IMG/VR virus record: IMGVR_UViG_3300021957_000006
Direction: 5' to 3' (one strand)
From: an uncultured virus (IMG/VR IMGVR_UViG_3300021957_000006)
Taxonomy: Duplodnaviria; Heunggongvirae; Uroviricota; Caudoviricetes
DNA length: 58,799 nt
Numbering within the stretch: position 1 is the stretch's first letter; each line of letters opens with the position of its first letter. The position numbers and the translations under genes were made by a program. The notes under the pieces are model-generated. The model worked only from the letters and a program-made list of their open reading frames with translations. It was not told the origin of the DNA and made no database searches. Positions 1 to 9,452 of this stretch are shown piece by piece.

Positions 1-1123
1 TTTTCATTATATCACTAGGATCTACTTTAACCTTTTTAGCTCCTTTAGTGCTTTTTGTTCTATAGTCAGCTAAGAGAGTAGATGTAGGTTTAGCAGTTGC
101 TGTTGTATCAGTTGGTGTATTTGTAATTGAACCGCGTACACCTACACTACCTGTATATGTAGATGGAGCAGCACTACCATCTGGATAAGATTGATGTTCT
201 GATGTAGCAGCAACATCAGCAGTACCATCCAGATCGCCGTGGAACGTTGGTGCGGTTACACCAGCTGTAAAAGTGCCAGACACTCCATAGATATTCTTTA
301 CATAAGCAATTATATTTTCACCACCTATCGTACCTGTATCTCCAAATACAGATAAGTTATCAGCAGCTATGTTAGCTTCTGCAGAGGTAAGTACAATCTC
401 TTGTTCTGCAGTCATAGTTAGTATACCTGATACTGCTTTTACATCATCACCTTCTACAAATAAATTATTAATACCTTTTACTACAGTAGTAAGACCTTCT
501 AGGTATTGATTAGCGCCAGCTCCTGTAACGATGCTAGTTTGATTGCCATCTACAGTCTTTATATCATCTCCAGATATAGAAGTTTCTACTGGACCTCTTA
601 CTACTTCTGTTTTCTTAGAAGAATTAACATTAAACTCTCCTCCAACATTAATATCTAAATTACCTGAAACATCTAAGGTTAAGTTACCTTCAAATGTCAT
701 GGTACCATTCTTTACTTCAAGAAAGTAATCTTCATTTGCTTTATCTATTCTTCTTTTACCTGAAATAATAATACTACCATCAGGTCCTATATTAATACCG
801 GTACCAGATTTATGGCGCAGCATTATTCTCTCATTACCTGGAGTATCATTATACTCTACTGTATGCCCTCCTGGGGTGTTAAAGGCTTGAACTTTACCAT
901 ATTCGTTATTAGTACCTTGAATGGTATCATCCGGAACATCTGCACCATATAGATCAATCTGCTTACCACCATTATTTGTTACAGGTTCTCCTTCTCCTCC
1001 TGGTATAGGATGTATACCTCTAGGATCATTATACCCGTCTGTGATTATACCTTGAGTTTGAGTTCTACCGCTACCTAAGGTATTACTTCTTTCTAATAAA
1101 CTTTCTACATTCTTAACAGACAT
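1..1123 (-). CDS. gp5-like baseplate spike, C-terminal part (runs off the window edge; not in the ORF track)
   Basis: Hand translation from ATG at 1123 (TAATG overlap): MSVKNVESLLERSNTLGSG...YGKVQAFNTPGGHTVEYNDTPGNERIMLRHKSGTGINIGPDG, then V/I-x-G-N/D beta-helix-type repeats. The GH..E.nDTPG.ERI...H.SGT motif is typical of T4 gp5/VgrG. Confidence 0.8.
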   Translation of the reverse strand, partial: MSVKNVESLLERSNTLGSGRTQTQGIITDGYNDPRGIHPIPGGEGEPVTNNGGKQIDLYGADVPDDTIQGTNNEYGKVQAFNTPGGHTVEYNDTPGNERIMLRHKSGTGINIGPDGSIIISGKRRIDKANEDYFLEVKNGTMTFEGNLTLDVSGNLDINVGGEFNVNSSKKTEVVRGPVETSISGDDIKTVDGNQTSIVTGAGANQYLEGLTTVVKGINNLFVEGDDVKAVSGILTMTAEQEIVLTSAEANIAADNLSVFGDTGTIGGENIIAYVKNIYGVSGTFTAGVTAPTFHGDLDGTADVAATSEHQSYPDGSAAPSTYTGSVGVRGSITNTPTDTTATAKPTSTLLADYRTKSTKGAKKVKVDPSDIMK

Positions 1124-2502
1124 TATATGCTCCCTTGAGCTGCAGCAATTAGTTGTTTAGTTGAGAATGATCTAGCCGCGCTTCCCTTATTAACCTTTTT
1201 AAAAGATTCTATAATTGAGGCTATAGGAACTCCAACTTCTACTTCTGATTCACCTATATCTAGCTGTGCGTCAAATATTTGACCTCCAGGCCAAACCTCG
1301 TAAAAAGTTTCAGCTATCATTCTTACTGTCTCCCCTTGCTTAACTGTAGCTGATGTATCTTTTATATGTGGTACAACTATGGCAATAGAGTAGTCTGTAT
1401 GAGTATCTGAATGATCTCCAGCTTTAAAAATGGTTCGACCTTTTTGTAAATTACCATTAGGTAACACTACATAGTGAAAAGGCATTCCATCAGATCCAGC
1501 TTCTACATAAGTTTTATGTATATCATTAGCTGTTAATACTTGATTGGCTGTCATTTCATGTCCATAAAATACTAACTCTGTAATCTCTCTAGTACATTTC
1601 AAAAACTCTACGTTTAAATACTCTTGAGTAGAAATCATTTCAAAAAAGACATCTGGAGTTTTAGCTCCTTTCCATTCATTAGCTTTACTTGTAACATCTA
1701 GTACTTCAGTAGTTGCTTCTCCTTTTAACGGACTCTCTACTTGACTTGCTATATTTTCAGGTACTTGATCTAAAGCTTTTTCTACTGTCTCTGGTGGTAA
1801 TTTGGTTGTCTTAACCACATCGTCTACAGCTTGACTCTTATCTCCAGCTAAAACTTTCTTCAATACTTCAGGAGATTGTTCTGGGGTAACTCCTAAATTC
1901 TCTATAATACTTAGTGATGTATTATCTACAGATAGAAAAACATCTTGTAATAGATTACCAGTTTTAGATCCTAGAAGGTTAGAAAATGCCGATGTAAAAG
2001 CACCTATAGAGCTAGAAAAATCCCCAGCAAAAGATGCAAAATCTTTACTAACTAAATCACCAACTTGAGACGAGTATTGAGAGGGTAAAATATTTGTAAG
2101 TATACCATTAAGCTGACTATCAGAAGGAGTTGCAATTGCTCCTATAGCGGTCTTTACTCCTTCAGCTGTAGGGTTAGTAATAACAGCATCTAAAAATCCA
2201 TCTGCTACAGCTGCCCCAGTTATAGCGTTTAGAGCTGTTTGTGACGAACTTACATCTTTAACTACCTGACTTTGTAGTCCAGGTAGGTTTTCGGTTAGAA
2301 TAGCCATTCCCTTTTTAGGATCGGAAGCTGTATTTAAGGCTTGAACCCCACTAATAGTTTCATTTAATGTCCCCCCTAAACTTGAGGAGTTTAAAGCTTG
2401 TATAGAAGACGCAATATTAGAAGTGGAAGATACTAAGTCGGAAAATCCAGATGATATACCTAAACTTTTTAACTTATTATTAATTAAATTTAAACTTGTC
2501 AT
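1123..2502 (-). CDS. Baseplate-associated protein: Ser/Ala/Leu-rich N-terminus plus a degenerate amidase_2 (T7 lysozyme/PGRP-like) C-terminal domain
   Basis: C-terminal DIHKTY..G.DGMPFHYVVLPNGNLQKGR...GDHS...YSIAI follows the amidase_2 pattern; lies between the two gp5 halves. Confidence 0.55.
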   Translation of the reverse strand: MTSLNLINNKLKSLGISSGFSDLVSSTSNIASSIQALNSSSLGGTLNETISGVQALNTASDPKKGMAILTENLPGLQSQVVKDVSSSQTALNAITGAAVADGFLDAVITNPTAEGVKTAIGAIATPSDSQLNGILTNILPSQYSSQVGDLVSKDFASFAGDFSSSIGAFTSAFSNLLGSKTGNLLQDVFLSVDNTSLSIIENLGVTPEQSPEVLKKVLAGDKSQAVDDVVKTTKLPPETVEKALDQVPENIASQVESPLKGEATTEVLDVTSKANEWKGAKTPDVFFEMISTQEYLNVEFLKCTREITELVFYGHEMTANQVLTANDIHKTYVEAGSDGMPFHYVVLPNGNLQKGRTIFKAGDHSDTHTDYSIAIVVPHIKDTSATVKQGETVRMIAETFYEVWPGGQIFDAQLDIGESEVEVGVPIASIIESFKKVNKGSAARSFSTKQLIAAAQGSI

Positions 2503-3617
2503 TATCCACTAAACTCCGTATATACTGCTTTTGAGTCGGCTAGTCTTTGGAGGTATTCTTGCTTATAAGATTTTAATGCAAGACTTTGTCCTGAACGTCT
2601 CTTCTCATAAGTTTTAATCCCACCTGCTCTTATGTATGTTCTGTAGTTACTTACATCAGCTCTCTCCCTCATAAAGTCAACAGAGGTCTGAGGGTTCTCA
2701 TATTGAGAGAATACTGTTTCAGTAGCTGACTCCAGAGTCTGATCATCTTTTAAATAAGAAAATACAAATGACATACTACCTTCTAATTCATGAGTAACAA
2801 AAGATAATTGCAAAGCTAAGCTTCCAACATATGCGTTGTGTTTAAGAGCATACTCTTCTAGCGGAACTCTTCTTCTTTTTCCAGTCCATTGAGCTAGTCC
2901 ATACCCCCCTCTACTACCTGACACAGCAGGTTGATCTTCATTAGTATTAGGTTCCAACCTAGGACCAGCCTCGTGCATAAAATTACCTACAAAAGCTGCA
3001 GCTATAAATCCAGGGTTATTATGACCTCTTTTTTGAAAGTATCCTTTAAGGTAATTAAAGATCTGCTCTTTTCTACCACTACCTACTAGCTCTATATTAA
3101 TATCACCTGAACCAGCAGTCAGTCCGTTTAACTCATTAGCCTGATCTTGATCTAAGAACTGCCCATTAGGTCTCGCTCCTGCTTCTTCTAATCTTAACCT
3201 CATTGCCTGACTAATCTGATCTCCTACTAGGTACTGATAAGATTCAGATGATTGAGTGGTTGGTACATAAGTATCTTCAGGGCCATCAAATGCAACTCTA
3301 AAAGCAGGGTTATGAGGTATAGAACCTATAACTAAAGGAGTTTGAGAATGTTGTCCATCCATAAAAATACCAAACACCTGAGCTCCAACCTGAATACCTA
3401 TTGGCTGTGTTACCTGAGATGTACCTCCATCTGTTACAGGAAGCACAACATTAGCCCATGGTAGATCTGTATCTGCAATAAGATCTGTGCGATTATTATG
3501 AATGCCAAATATTCTTACTCGCACTCTACCTAATCTATCAGGATCATCTATTGATCGAATGACTCCTATAAACCATCTCGTATCATCCCCGTAATATTCT
3601 GTATTAATAGTTCTCAT
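2502..3617 (-). CDS. gp5-like N-terminal OB-fold fused to a phage tail lysozyme domain
   Basis: WFIGV...DDPDRLGRVRVRIFGIH...DLPWA...VFGIFMDG..SQ.PLVIGS (gp5 OB fold); GNFMHEAG...GYGLAQWTG.RR...QLSFV.HEL (tail lysozyme). Confidence 0.85.
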   Translation of the reverse strand: MRTINTEYYGDDTRWFIGVIRSIDDPDRLGRVRVRIFGIHNNRTDLIADTDLPWANVVLPVTDGGTSQVTQPIGIQVGAQVFGIFMDGQHSQTPLVIGSIPHNPAFRVAFDGPEDTYVPTTQSSESYQYLVGDQISQAMRLRLEEAGARPNGQFLDQDQANELNGLTAGSGDINIELVGSGRKEQIFNYLKGYFQKRGHNNPGFIAAAFVGNFMHEAGPRLEPNTNEDQPAVSGSRGGYGLAQWTGKRRRVPLEEYALKHNAYVGSLALQLSFVTHELEGSMSFVFSYLKDDQTLESATETVFSQYENPQTSVDFMRERADVSNYRTYIRAGGIKTYEKRRSGQSLALKSYKQEYLQRLADSKAVYTEFSG

Positions 3618-5011
3618 TTGGTTTTATCCGTAAGCTTTACAATGTCCATAATTGTATCATGAATACCTTCTGTAAATTTATGTCTAGTTCTATAAATAAG
3701 AAATTTTCCAGACTTGTCTTTATCTAGTTGATTACTTCCTTTACTAACCATAGTTGATTCAGGATAATGAACTTGAATGTTTGTCCCTACTCCTATACCA
3801 TCACTAGCCAAATAAGGTATGCCTGTTACATTAATCTGATACACATTGTTCATTAAGATTGCTCTTAATGAAGCTGATTTAATTTTTAACTTGTAAAGAG
3901 CTGATTGTTTTGGTTCATCATGATAACCCGCTAACGGAGTTTTACCGTCTTCTTCATAATGCTGTCTCGAAGTTACAATACTACTAAAAATCTTAGAAGG
4001 AAATGATGAAATGTTTATCTCTCTCTTCTCTGTAGGTCCCATCATTAAAGTGTTATCATACCCTAGAGAGGATTCAATATCTGCTCCTGTGTCTATACTC
4101 TGTACAAATTTATTTAGAGTTTCATTAGCACTATGAAAGCTCTCTGCAGAAGTAGTTCCTGAAGTTAAATCATGAACGTTAAAATGACTACCAATTGCTC
4201 CTCCTTCAGCTAACCTCAATGTGCTTTCAACACTTGTAGCTGTAAAACTTTTTATATGAAATAACTCTTTTCTAAGTCTATCCGGAGAATTAGATGATCC
4301 AGGATCTGTAATAGCAGCTGCTTGGGAAAAAGTATAGGCATCTTCTTTATTCCAAGCATCTTCTCTCATTAGAGTATCTAAATCGTTCATGACAAGGTTA
4401 TCATTACGAAGGGTAGAGTATAAAAAATACGGACTACCATTAGAGTATGCCATTCGATCTCTTAACCAATCAGCAGCTTCTAAAGGTTTCCAGTATGGGA
4501 TGTTAACTCTCATTGGACTTTGCTGAGAAGAATTTCGGCTAAAGAAAAATATTTCTTTATTAAGCTCTGATTTTAAAATGTTTGATATAATTAACTCAGG
4601 GTGACCTTTATAAGACTTACTTATTTTTTGTATATTAGAAAGATAAGCATGTTCCTCTAACAGAGTTACAGTATGCACTTCTGTTTTATCATTAACAGAC
4701 TTATTAGAAGCTAATCCTGTTATCATAAAGTTTTTTAAAAATAGTTTAGAAGACTCTTTAGCCTGTAATCCTATCTGTATTTTTTCACTACCTTTAATTC
4801 CAAATTTACTTTTTAGTTTAGTATCATCTACAAAGGTCATAGATGCAGTTAGATAGGGACGCTCTAAACTTTCATATATGTTAAGTTCAGCTACAGATCC
4901 TCTTATATCAATCGGTTTAGAGTTGGGGTTATTATTTTGACTGAATTCAGGAAACCTATCAGTATAGAATAATACTCTCTCTATAATATATTGGCTTTGA
5001 GCGTTTGACAT
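3614..5011 (-). CDS. Baseplate hub protein (gp27-like)
   Basis: IYESL..PYLTA...D, IPYW.PL.A..W and D...SGKFLI...RH.F motifs; sits between gp53 and gp5. Confidence 0.55.
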   Translation of the reverse strand: MSNAQSQYIIERVLFYTDRFPEFSQNNNPNSKPIDIRGSVAELNIYESLERPYLTASMTFVDDTKLKSKFGIKGSEKIQIGLQAKESSKLFLKNFMITGLASNKSVNDKTEVHTVTLLEEHAYLSNIQKISKSYKGHPELIISNILKSELNKEIFFFSRNSSQQSPMRVNIPYWKPLEAADWLRDRMAYSNGSPYFLYSTLRNDNLVMNDLDTLMREDAWNKEDAYTFSQAAAITDPGSSNSPDRLRKELFHIKSFTATSVESTLRLAEGGAIGSHFNVHDLTSGTTSAESFHSANETLNKFVQSIDTGADIESSLGYDNTLMMGPTEKREINISSFPSKIFSSIVTSRQHYEEDGKTPLAGYHDEPKQSALYKLKIKSASLRAILMNNVYQINVTGIPYLASDGIGVGTNIQVHYPESTMVSKGSNQLDKDKSGKFLIYRTRHKFTEGIHDTIMDIVKLTDKTK

Positions 5012-5013
5012 TA

Positions 5014-5769
5014 TTATTCTCTCAAGAGTCTAAAATAATCATTTACAATTGTATCAATTACTTTTGGTTTAATAACAATAATCTCTTTAAGCTTATCATT
5101 ATAGTTTATGTTATCTTCTAAAATAGTTACTGGAGTTAACCCTGAAGTGTTTTGATTAAAAGTGTCAATATCTACAATATCCCCGCTAGAGTTTTTATAA
5201 TATAACACAGAATTATATTGCTCTGATTCACCTATAGCTGTTATAACATTAACCGCTTGCTCTTCTGCAGTAGCACCAGCCGCAATCTGCTCTGTTGCTC
5301 CAAAGTTATCTTTATTACCGTTAACATCCACAGTATCTGATGCAATAACTAACTGACCTAAATCTAAGTTACGCTCTACTATTTTGCCTGTAGTTCCAGA
5401 TGTTTTCCCTATAACTGGAACACCAGGTAAAAAGAAAGAGGCAATATTACCTTCTGTAACTACTGTTCGGTGAGGAAATCTTTTCTTAACTAGCTCTCTC
5501 ATCTCTCTTTCTGGGAGAGGCCAACCTGATTCTTTTAATTTATCATTCATTAAGAAAAAAGTCCAATGATAATCTGTAGTATCATAAAGCTTTTGAGATA
5601 CAGTGTCTGGTCTATCTCCATCAAGGATAGTATACTTTTCATAAAAAGCAACTTCTTGCTTCACCTGGTCAATAATATCAACATATGCAGAAATGTTGTT
5701 AAATAATATATCAGGTTCATTATCTCCGAAATTATAATCTACTACTGGAAATTTATTGAAATAAGACAT
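5014..5769 (-). CDS. gp53: Baseplate wedge protein gp53
   Basis: MSYFNKFP.V.Y, Y.I.DGDRPD.VS.KLY....YHW...LMN and WPL motifs. Confidence 0.85.
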   Translation of the reverse strand: MSYFNKFPVVDYNFGDNEPDILFNNISAYVDIIDQVKQEVAFYEKYTILDGDRPDTVSQKLYDTTDYHWTFFLMNDKLKESGWPLPEREMRELVKKRFPHRTVVTEGNIASFFLPGVPVIGKTSGTTGKIVERNLDLGQLVIASDTVDVNGNKDNFGATEQIAAGATAEEQAVNVITAIGESEQYNSVLYYKNSSGDIVDIDTFNQNTSGLTPVTILEDNINYNDKLKEIIVIKPKVIDTIVNDYFRLLRE

Positions 5770-6737
5770 TAGTAACCTTCCTTAATAAGATCTCTATGCA
5801 GAGTGCTTGATTCTACAAAGGACATTGCAATGTCTACTTCAGAGAAGTCACCTCCTTCAAGAAAGCCCATGCTACTTGAATTGTATGTAGCAGAAAAACT
5901 CTTTATGTAAGAAGGTAATATCTTTGTAGCGAGATGGTCTTTTTTATTAGTATATGTCATAGTTATTTCAAACACGTTTGGAAATTTATAACCAGCGTTA
6001 ATATCTCCAAGAGGTATGACCTCTGGATAAAGGTTAGTTCTAAAAAAGTCAATAATACCTTTTATCTCTTTAGTTTCATCTTTAGATGTTGGAATCATTT
6101 TAAAGTTAAATGTAAATTCTCTTAATGGGACACTTTTAAATAAAGCTCTAGTATTGGGATTAACTGCCACTCTAGTAGCAGAAGATACTGCACCTCTTAC
6201 TTGATCTGATGGTATTAGTTTAGCAGCTCTGTTTACTGCAAGTCTTGCTACATCTTGCGATAAAGGAGATCTTCCTGTAATAGCATCTACAATAGATCCA
6301 ACAGACCCGGCTACATTACTCATAAGAGAAGGTAAAAGAGCTCCTCCTTGCTGCAATCCTGCTTGAGTACCTGCTCCAAGTATACCAAGATCGATATTAT
6401 CGTATTGAGCTGTATCTGTAATTTGTATAGCCTGAGGTAGATAAAGAATAGCCTTACCTTGGGAACCTCCTTCAAATTGTTGATTGGTACCTGGTACAGT
6501 GTCTTTATCAGGATTTGTAGCGTTAAACTCTTTTAACCTTTGAGCTTCTAATCTTCTATCAAAAGATCTAAAATCTTCTTCAGTTTCAATATTCTTTGTA
6601 GGAAGACCAGCAGCATCAAACAAGAAGTCTACATCGAATGCTTTTATCTTACGTGCATTAAACGTAACCTTAGCTTCGTACTTTACATCCTCTTTATCTA
6701 GAGGGAACTGATGAAGGGTTGCCATATATAATTCCAA
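5769..6737 (-). CDS. gp48: Baseplate tail-tube cap gp48 (likely start at 6725)
   Basis: LYLP..I.....YD, NP....LFK.V.LREF.F.FKMIP.S..E...I..I..FFR, F.E motifs. Confidence 0.8.
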   Translation of the reverse strand: MELYMATLHQFPLDKEDVKYEAKVTFNARKIKAFDVDFLFDAAGLPTKNIETEEDFRSFDRRLEAQRLKEFNATNPDKDTVPGTNQQFEGGSQGKAILYLPQAIQITDTAQYDNIDLGILGAGTQAGLQQGGALLPSLMSNVAGSVGSIVDAITGRSPLSQDVARLAVNRAAKLIPSDQVRGAVSSATRVAVNPNTRALFKSVPLREFTFNFKMIPTSKDETKEIKGIIDFFRTNLYPEVIPLGDINAGYKFPNVFEITMTYTNKKDHLATKILPSYIKSFSATYNSSSMGFLEGGDFSEVDIAMSFVESSTLHRDLIKEGY

Positions 6738-6761
6738 TAAATAGTAGTTACACTTTGAAAG

Positions 6762-6769
6762 TATTTATA
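6762..6769 (-). promoter_or_regulatory. T4-type late promoter TATAAATA (gp48-gp53-gp5 operon)
   Basis: Exact TATAAATA on the minus strand upstream of gp48. Confidence 0.7.
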
Positions 6770-7281
6770 TGGCTTATTCCGGAAAATATCTCGTAAAACA
6801 TAGAAGTAAGTATAAGGGCGACCCAGATAAGGTAGTTTATCGCTCTATGTGGGAGAGACATTGCTTTGTTTGGTGTGATAGTAATCCTAATGTAAAGAAC
6901 TGGTCCTCAGAAGAAGTTGTGATACCATACTTTTGGGATGTAGATAAGCGTATGCATCGATACTTTATGGATCTTAAAATAAAGTATAAAGATGGAAGAA
7001 CCATTCTTGTTGAAGTTAAGCCAGATAAAGAAACTAAACCTCCTAAACGTCCAGACAAATCTAAACGCTATATTAACGAAGCAATGACATATGTTAAGAA
7101 TATGAATAAGTGGGAAGCTGCTAATGAGTATGCTAAAGATAGAGGCTGGGAGTTTCAGATATGGACTGAAAAGACTCTTACTGAAATGGGTATTATGCCT
7201 AAGCAAAGCAAAAAAGGCGGACTAAAAACGTTAAAACCTTTAAAACCCTTTCGTAAGAAAAAGGTCAGAAAAAAGACATAA
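6769..7281 (+). CDS. gp4: Head completion nuclease gp4 (TnsA-like)
   Basis: MAYSGKY...KYKGD...VVYRS.WE...WSSEEVVIPY...HRYF.D...EVKP...N..KWEAA. Confidence 0.9.
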   Translation: MAYSGKYLVKHRSKYKGDPDKVVYRSMWERHCFVWCDSNPNVKNWSSEEVVIPYFWDVDKRMHRYFMDLKIKYKDGRTILVEVKPDKETKPPKRPDKSKRYINEAMTYVKNMNKWEAANEYAKDRGWEFQIWTEKTLTEMGIMPKQSKKGGLKTLKPLKPFRKKKVRKKT

Positions 7282-7289
7282 ATAGAGGT

Positions 7290-7877
7290 ATGAGTAATTT
7301 ATTTCAAAATCTAGAGATGGAAGCATTCCGTAAAGGAATAACTCCTCGTACAGCAGAATCAAGAGACTGGTTTCGTAAGAAAGCTCAGTCCCTTCGTCGT
7401 GTCAATCGTAATACTATTATGAAAGAAGAGCCTATTGAGCTCAAGAGTACTTTTCAACCTGGTGCTATGGCTATGTTCTTCTATAATCCAAAAACAAAAG
7501 ACAAGCTGCCATACTATGACTCTTTTCCTTTAACTATTATTGTTGATAAAGCAGAAGGAGGTTTCTATGGAATGAATCTACACTACCTACCTCCTATCTT
7601 AAGAGCTAAGTTTTTAGATGTTTTATTAGATAATACTAATAACAAATACTATGATGAGAAGACTAGATTTGCTGTTAACTATAATTATTTAAAGAACTCT
7701 GCTCGAACAAAATATTTTAAACCATGTTTTAAGCACTATCTTACATCTCATGTAAAGAGTAGGTTTGCTGTAGTGCCAGCTCCTGAATGGGAGATTGCTA
7801 CGTTCTTACCTTTAGCTGATTGGCAGAAGCAAAGTGGTAGTAAAGTATATGCAGATTCAAGAAGGATGCTTAGATGA
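7290..7877 (+). CDS. gp2: DNA end protector protein gp2
   Basis: F.YNPKTKDKLPYYD.FPL, GF.GMNLHYLP..LRA, KPCFKHYL..HV.SRF, W..A.FLP; CATAAATA late-like element at 7277-7284. Confidence 0.9.
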   Translation: MSNLFQNLEMEAFRKGITPRTAESRDWFRKKAQSLRRVNRNTIMKEEPIELKSTFQPGAMAMFFYNPKTKDKLPYYDSFPLTIIVDKAEGGFYGMNLHYLPPILRAKFLDVLLDNTNNKYYDEKTRFAVNYNYLKNSARTKYFKPCFKHYLTSHVKSRFAVVPAPEWEIATFLPLADWQKQSGSKVYADSRRMLR

Positions 7878-8551
7878 ATATTAATCAATTAAAAGCTGTA
7901 GCTTCAAGAGCGAATGGCTTTGCCATGGCTAATCAGTTTATGGTTACTCTACCTTCTTTAGGAGGTAGGTATGACACTAACGATCTTAACGTTCTTTGCT
8001 CTAATGTAAATATGCCTGGTAGACAGATCCTAACCCAAGAGAGATTAATTGGTATTAAAGGACGTAAGATGCCTAATGGCTTTGCTTCTGATGATGTCAA
8101 TCTTACATTTAATGTTATGAATGATTATAGAATAAAACAATACTTTGAAGACTGGCAAGAAAGTACTATTAGTCAAAATACACATGAAATAAAATATGCT
8201 AAAGACTATTGTAGAGATGTAAGAATAGCTCAATTAAGAAAAGGTAAAGCTTTTGACTTTCCTATAGACAGATTTTTCGGTATTAATATTGATATTGATT
8301 TACGTACCGACGATGCTGTGGTGTATGAAGTGCTTTTAATGGATGCTTTTCCTACTACTATGAACGGTATTGAGTTAAGTAATGAATTAGACGGTTTAGT
8401 ACAGCTAAGTGTACAGCTATCTTACAGAAACTGGAAAAAAGTCACTAACAGAAAAACCGTTAAAAATAATAATCCTAAACCCCCAAACACTAGCTTAAGA
8501 CCGAGAGCTAGACCAGCTAAATCACCTGTGAGAGGTCCTGCTGGGCAATAA
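7874..8551 (+). CDS. gp54: Baseplate tail-tube initiator (gp54, gp19-fold)
   Basis: LC..VNMPG, V.LTF, YFEDWQ, AFPT....I.LS, VQLSYR.W; synteny. Confidence 0.65.
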   Translation: MNINQLKAVASRANGFAMANQFMVTLPSLGGRYDTNDLNVLCSNVNMPGRQILTQERLIGIKGRKMPNGFASDDVNLTFNVMNDYRIKQYFEDWQESTISQNTHEIKYAKDYCRDVRIAQLRKGKAFDFPIDRFFGINIDIDLRTDDAVVYEVLLMDAFPTTMNGIELSNELDGLVQLSVQLSYRNWKKVTNRKTVKNNNPKPPNTSLRPRARPAKSPVRGPAGQ

Positions 8552-8568
8552 TTATAATGGAGTAAATT

Positions 8569-9270
8569 ATGGCACTACCTAAGATTAATTCAAGTCCAAA
8601 GTATGAAATGGTAATACCTTCTACAAATGAAACCGTTCGTTTTAGACCGTTTCTTGTAAAAGAAGAAAAAGTACTAATGATTGCTATGGAATCAAATGAA
8701 AACTCTCAAATGCTTGGAGCTATTGTAGATACATTAGATAGCTGTATAGAAGGAGGAGTAAAAAGAGACTCTTTAACTACGTTCGATGTAGAGTATATGT
8801 TTACTAAATTAAGAGCAAAATCAGTAGGTGAAACATCTAAAGTTGGAGTTAATTGCGAGCACTGTGAATTACAAAATGAAGTAGTAATTAATATTGATGA
8901 TCTTAAAGTAGAAGTAGTTGAACCTAACTTTATGATAGAGTTAGATTCAAATATTTCCATTGAAATGAAGTGGCCTACTTATTCAACTATAGTAAAGATG
9001 AACCCTGAATCCAATGCTACAGATCAAGTGTTTGCTGTATTAAGAGCTAGTCTATCAGCTGTACACACAAGTGAAGAAAGAATTGATCTTAAAGATGAAT
9101 CAGAAAAGGAAATACACGAGTTTATCGAATCTATGGATAGAGGTCAATTTGAAAAGATACAGCAATTTATTGAACAGATGCCTAATCTATCACATAATGT
9201 TAATTTTAAATGTCAACATTGTAATGAAGAAAATAATATTAAGCTAGAAGGAATGCAAAGTTTTTTTTAG
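8569..9270 (+). CDS. gp26: Baseplate hub assembly chaperone gp26
   Basis: MALPKI..P.YE..IPST...VRFRPFLVKEEK.L, FDVEY.F..LRAKSVGE, two CxxC pairs, C-terminal EG.QSFF. Confidence 0.9.
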   Translation: MALPKINSSPKYEMVIPSTNETVRFRPFLVKEEKVLMIAMESNENSQMLGAIVDTLDSCIEGGVKRDSLTTFDVEYMFTKLRAKSVGETSKVGVNCEHCELQNEVVINIDDLKVEVVEPNFMIELDSNISIEMKWPTYSTIVKMNPESNATDQVFAVLRASLSAVHTSEERIDLKDESEKEIHEFIESMDRGQFEKIQQFIEQMPNLSHNVNFKCQHCNEENNIKLEGMQSFF

Positions 9271-9452
9271 TATGTCTATCTCACAATGATTTAGCTACTC
9301 ATTATCAAACTAACTTTTCTTTAATGCAGCATCATAAATATAGTTTGAGTGAGATAGACGAAATGATACCTTGGGAACGTGAAGTCTATCTTTCATTACT
9401 AATAGATTATTTAAAACAAGAAGAGCAAGCTAGAAGAGAAGCAGGTCACTAA
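9261..9452 (+). CDS. gp51: gp51-like baseplate hub assembly protein; open -1 frame from the T8 run, first ATG at 9324 (not in the ORF track)
   Basis: Hand translation FFLVCLSHNDLATHYQTNFSLMQHHKYSLSEIDEMIPWEREVYLSLLIDYLKQEEQARREAGH*; MQHHKYSL.EI..MIPWER.VY is the marine T4-like gp51 signature; TAATG overlap with the next gene. Confidence 0.8.
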   Translation, partial: FFLVCLSHNDLATHYQTNFSLMQHHKYSLSEIDEMIPWEREVYLSLLIDYLKQEEQARREAGH

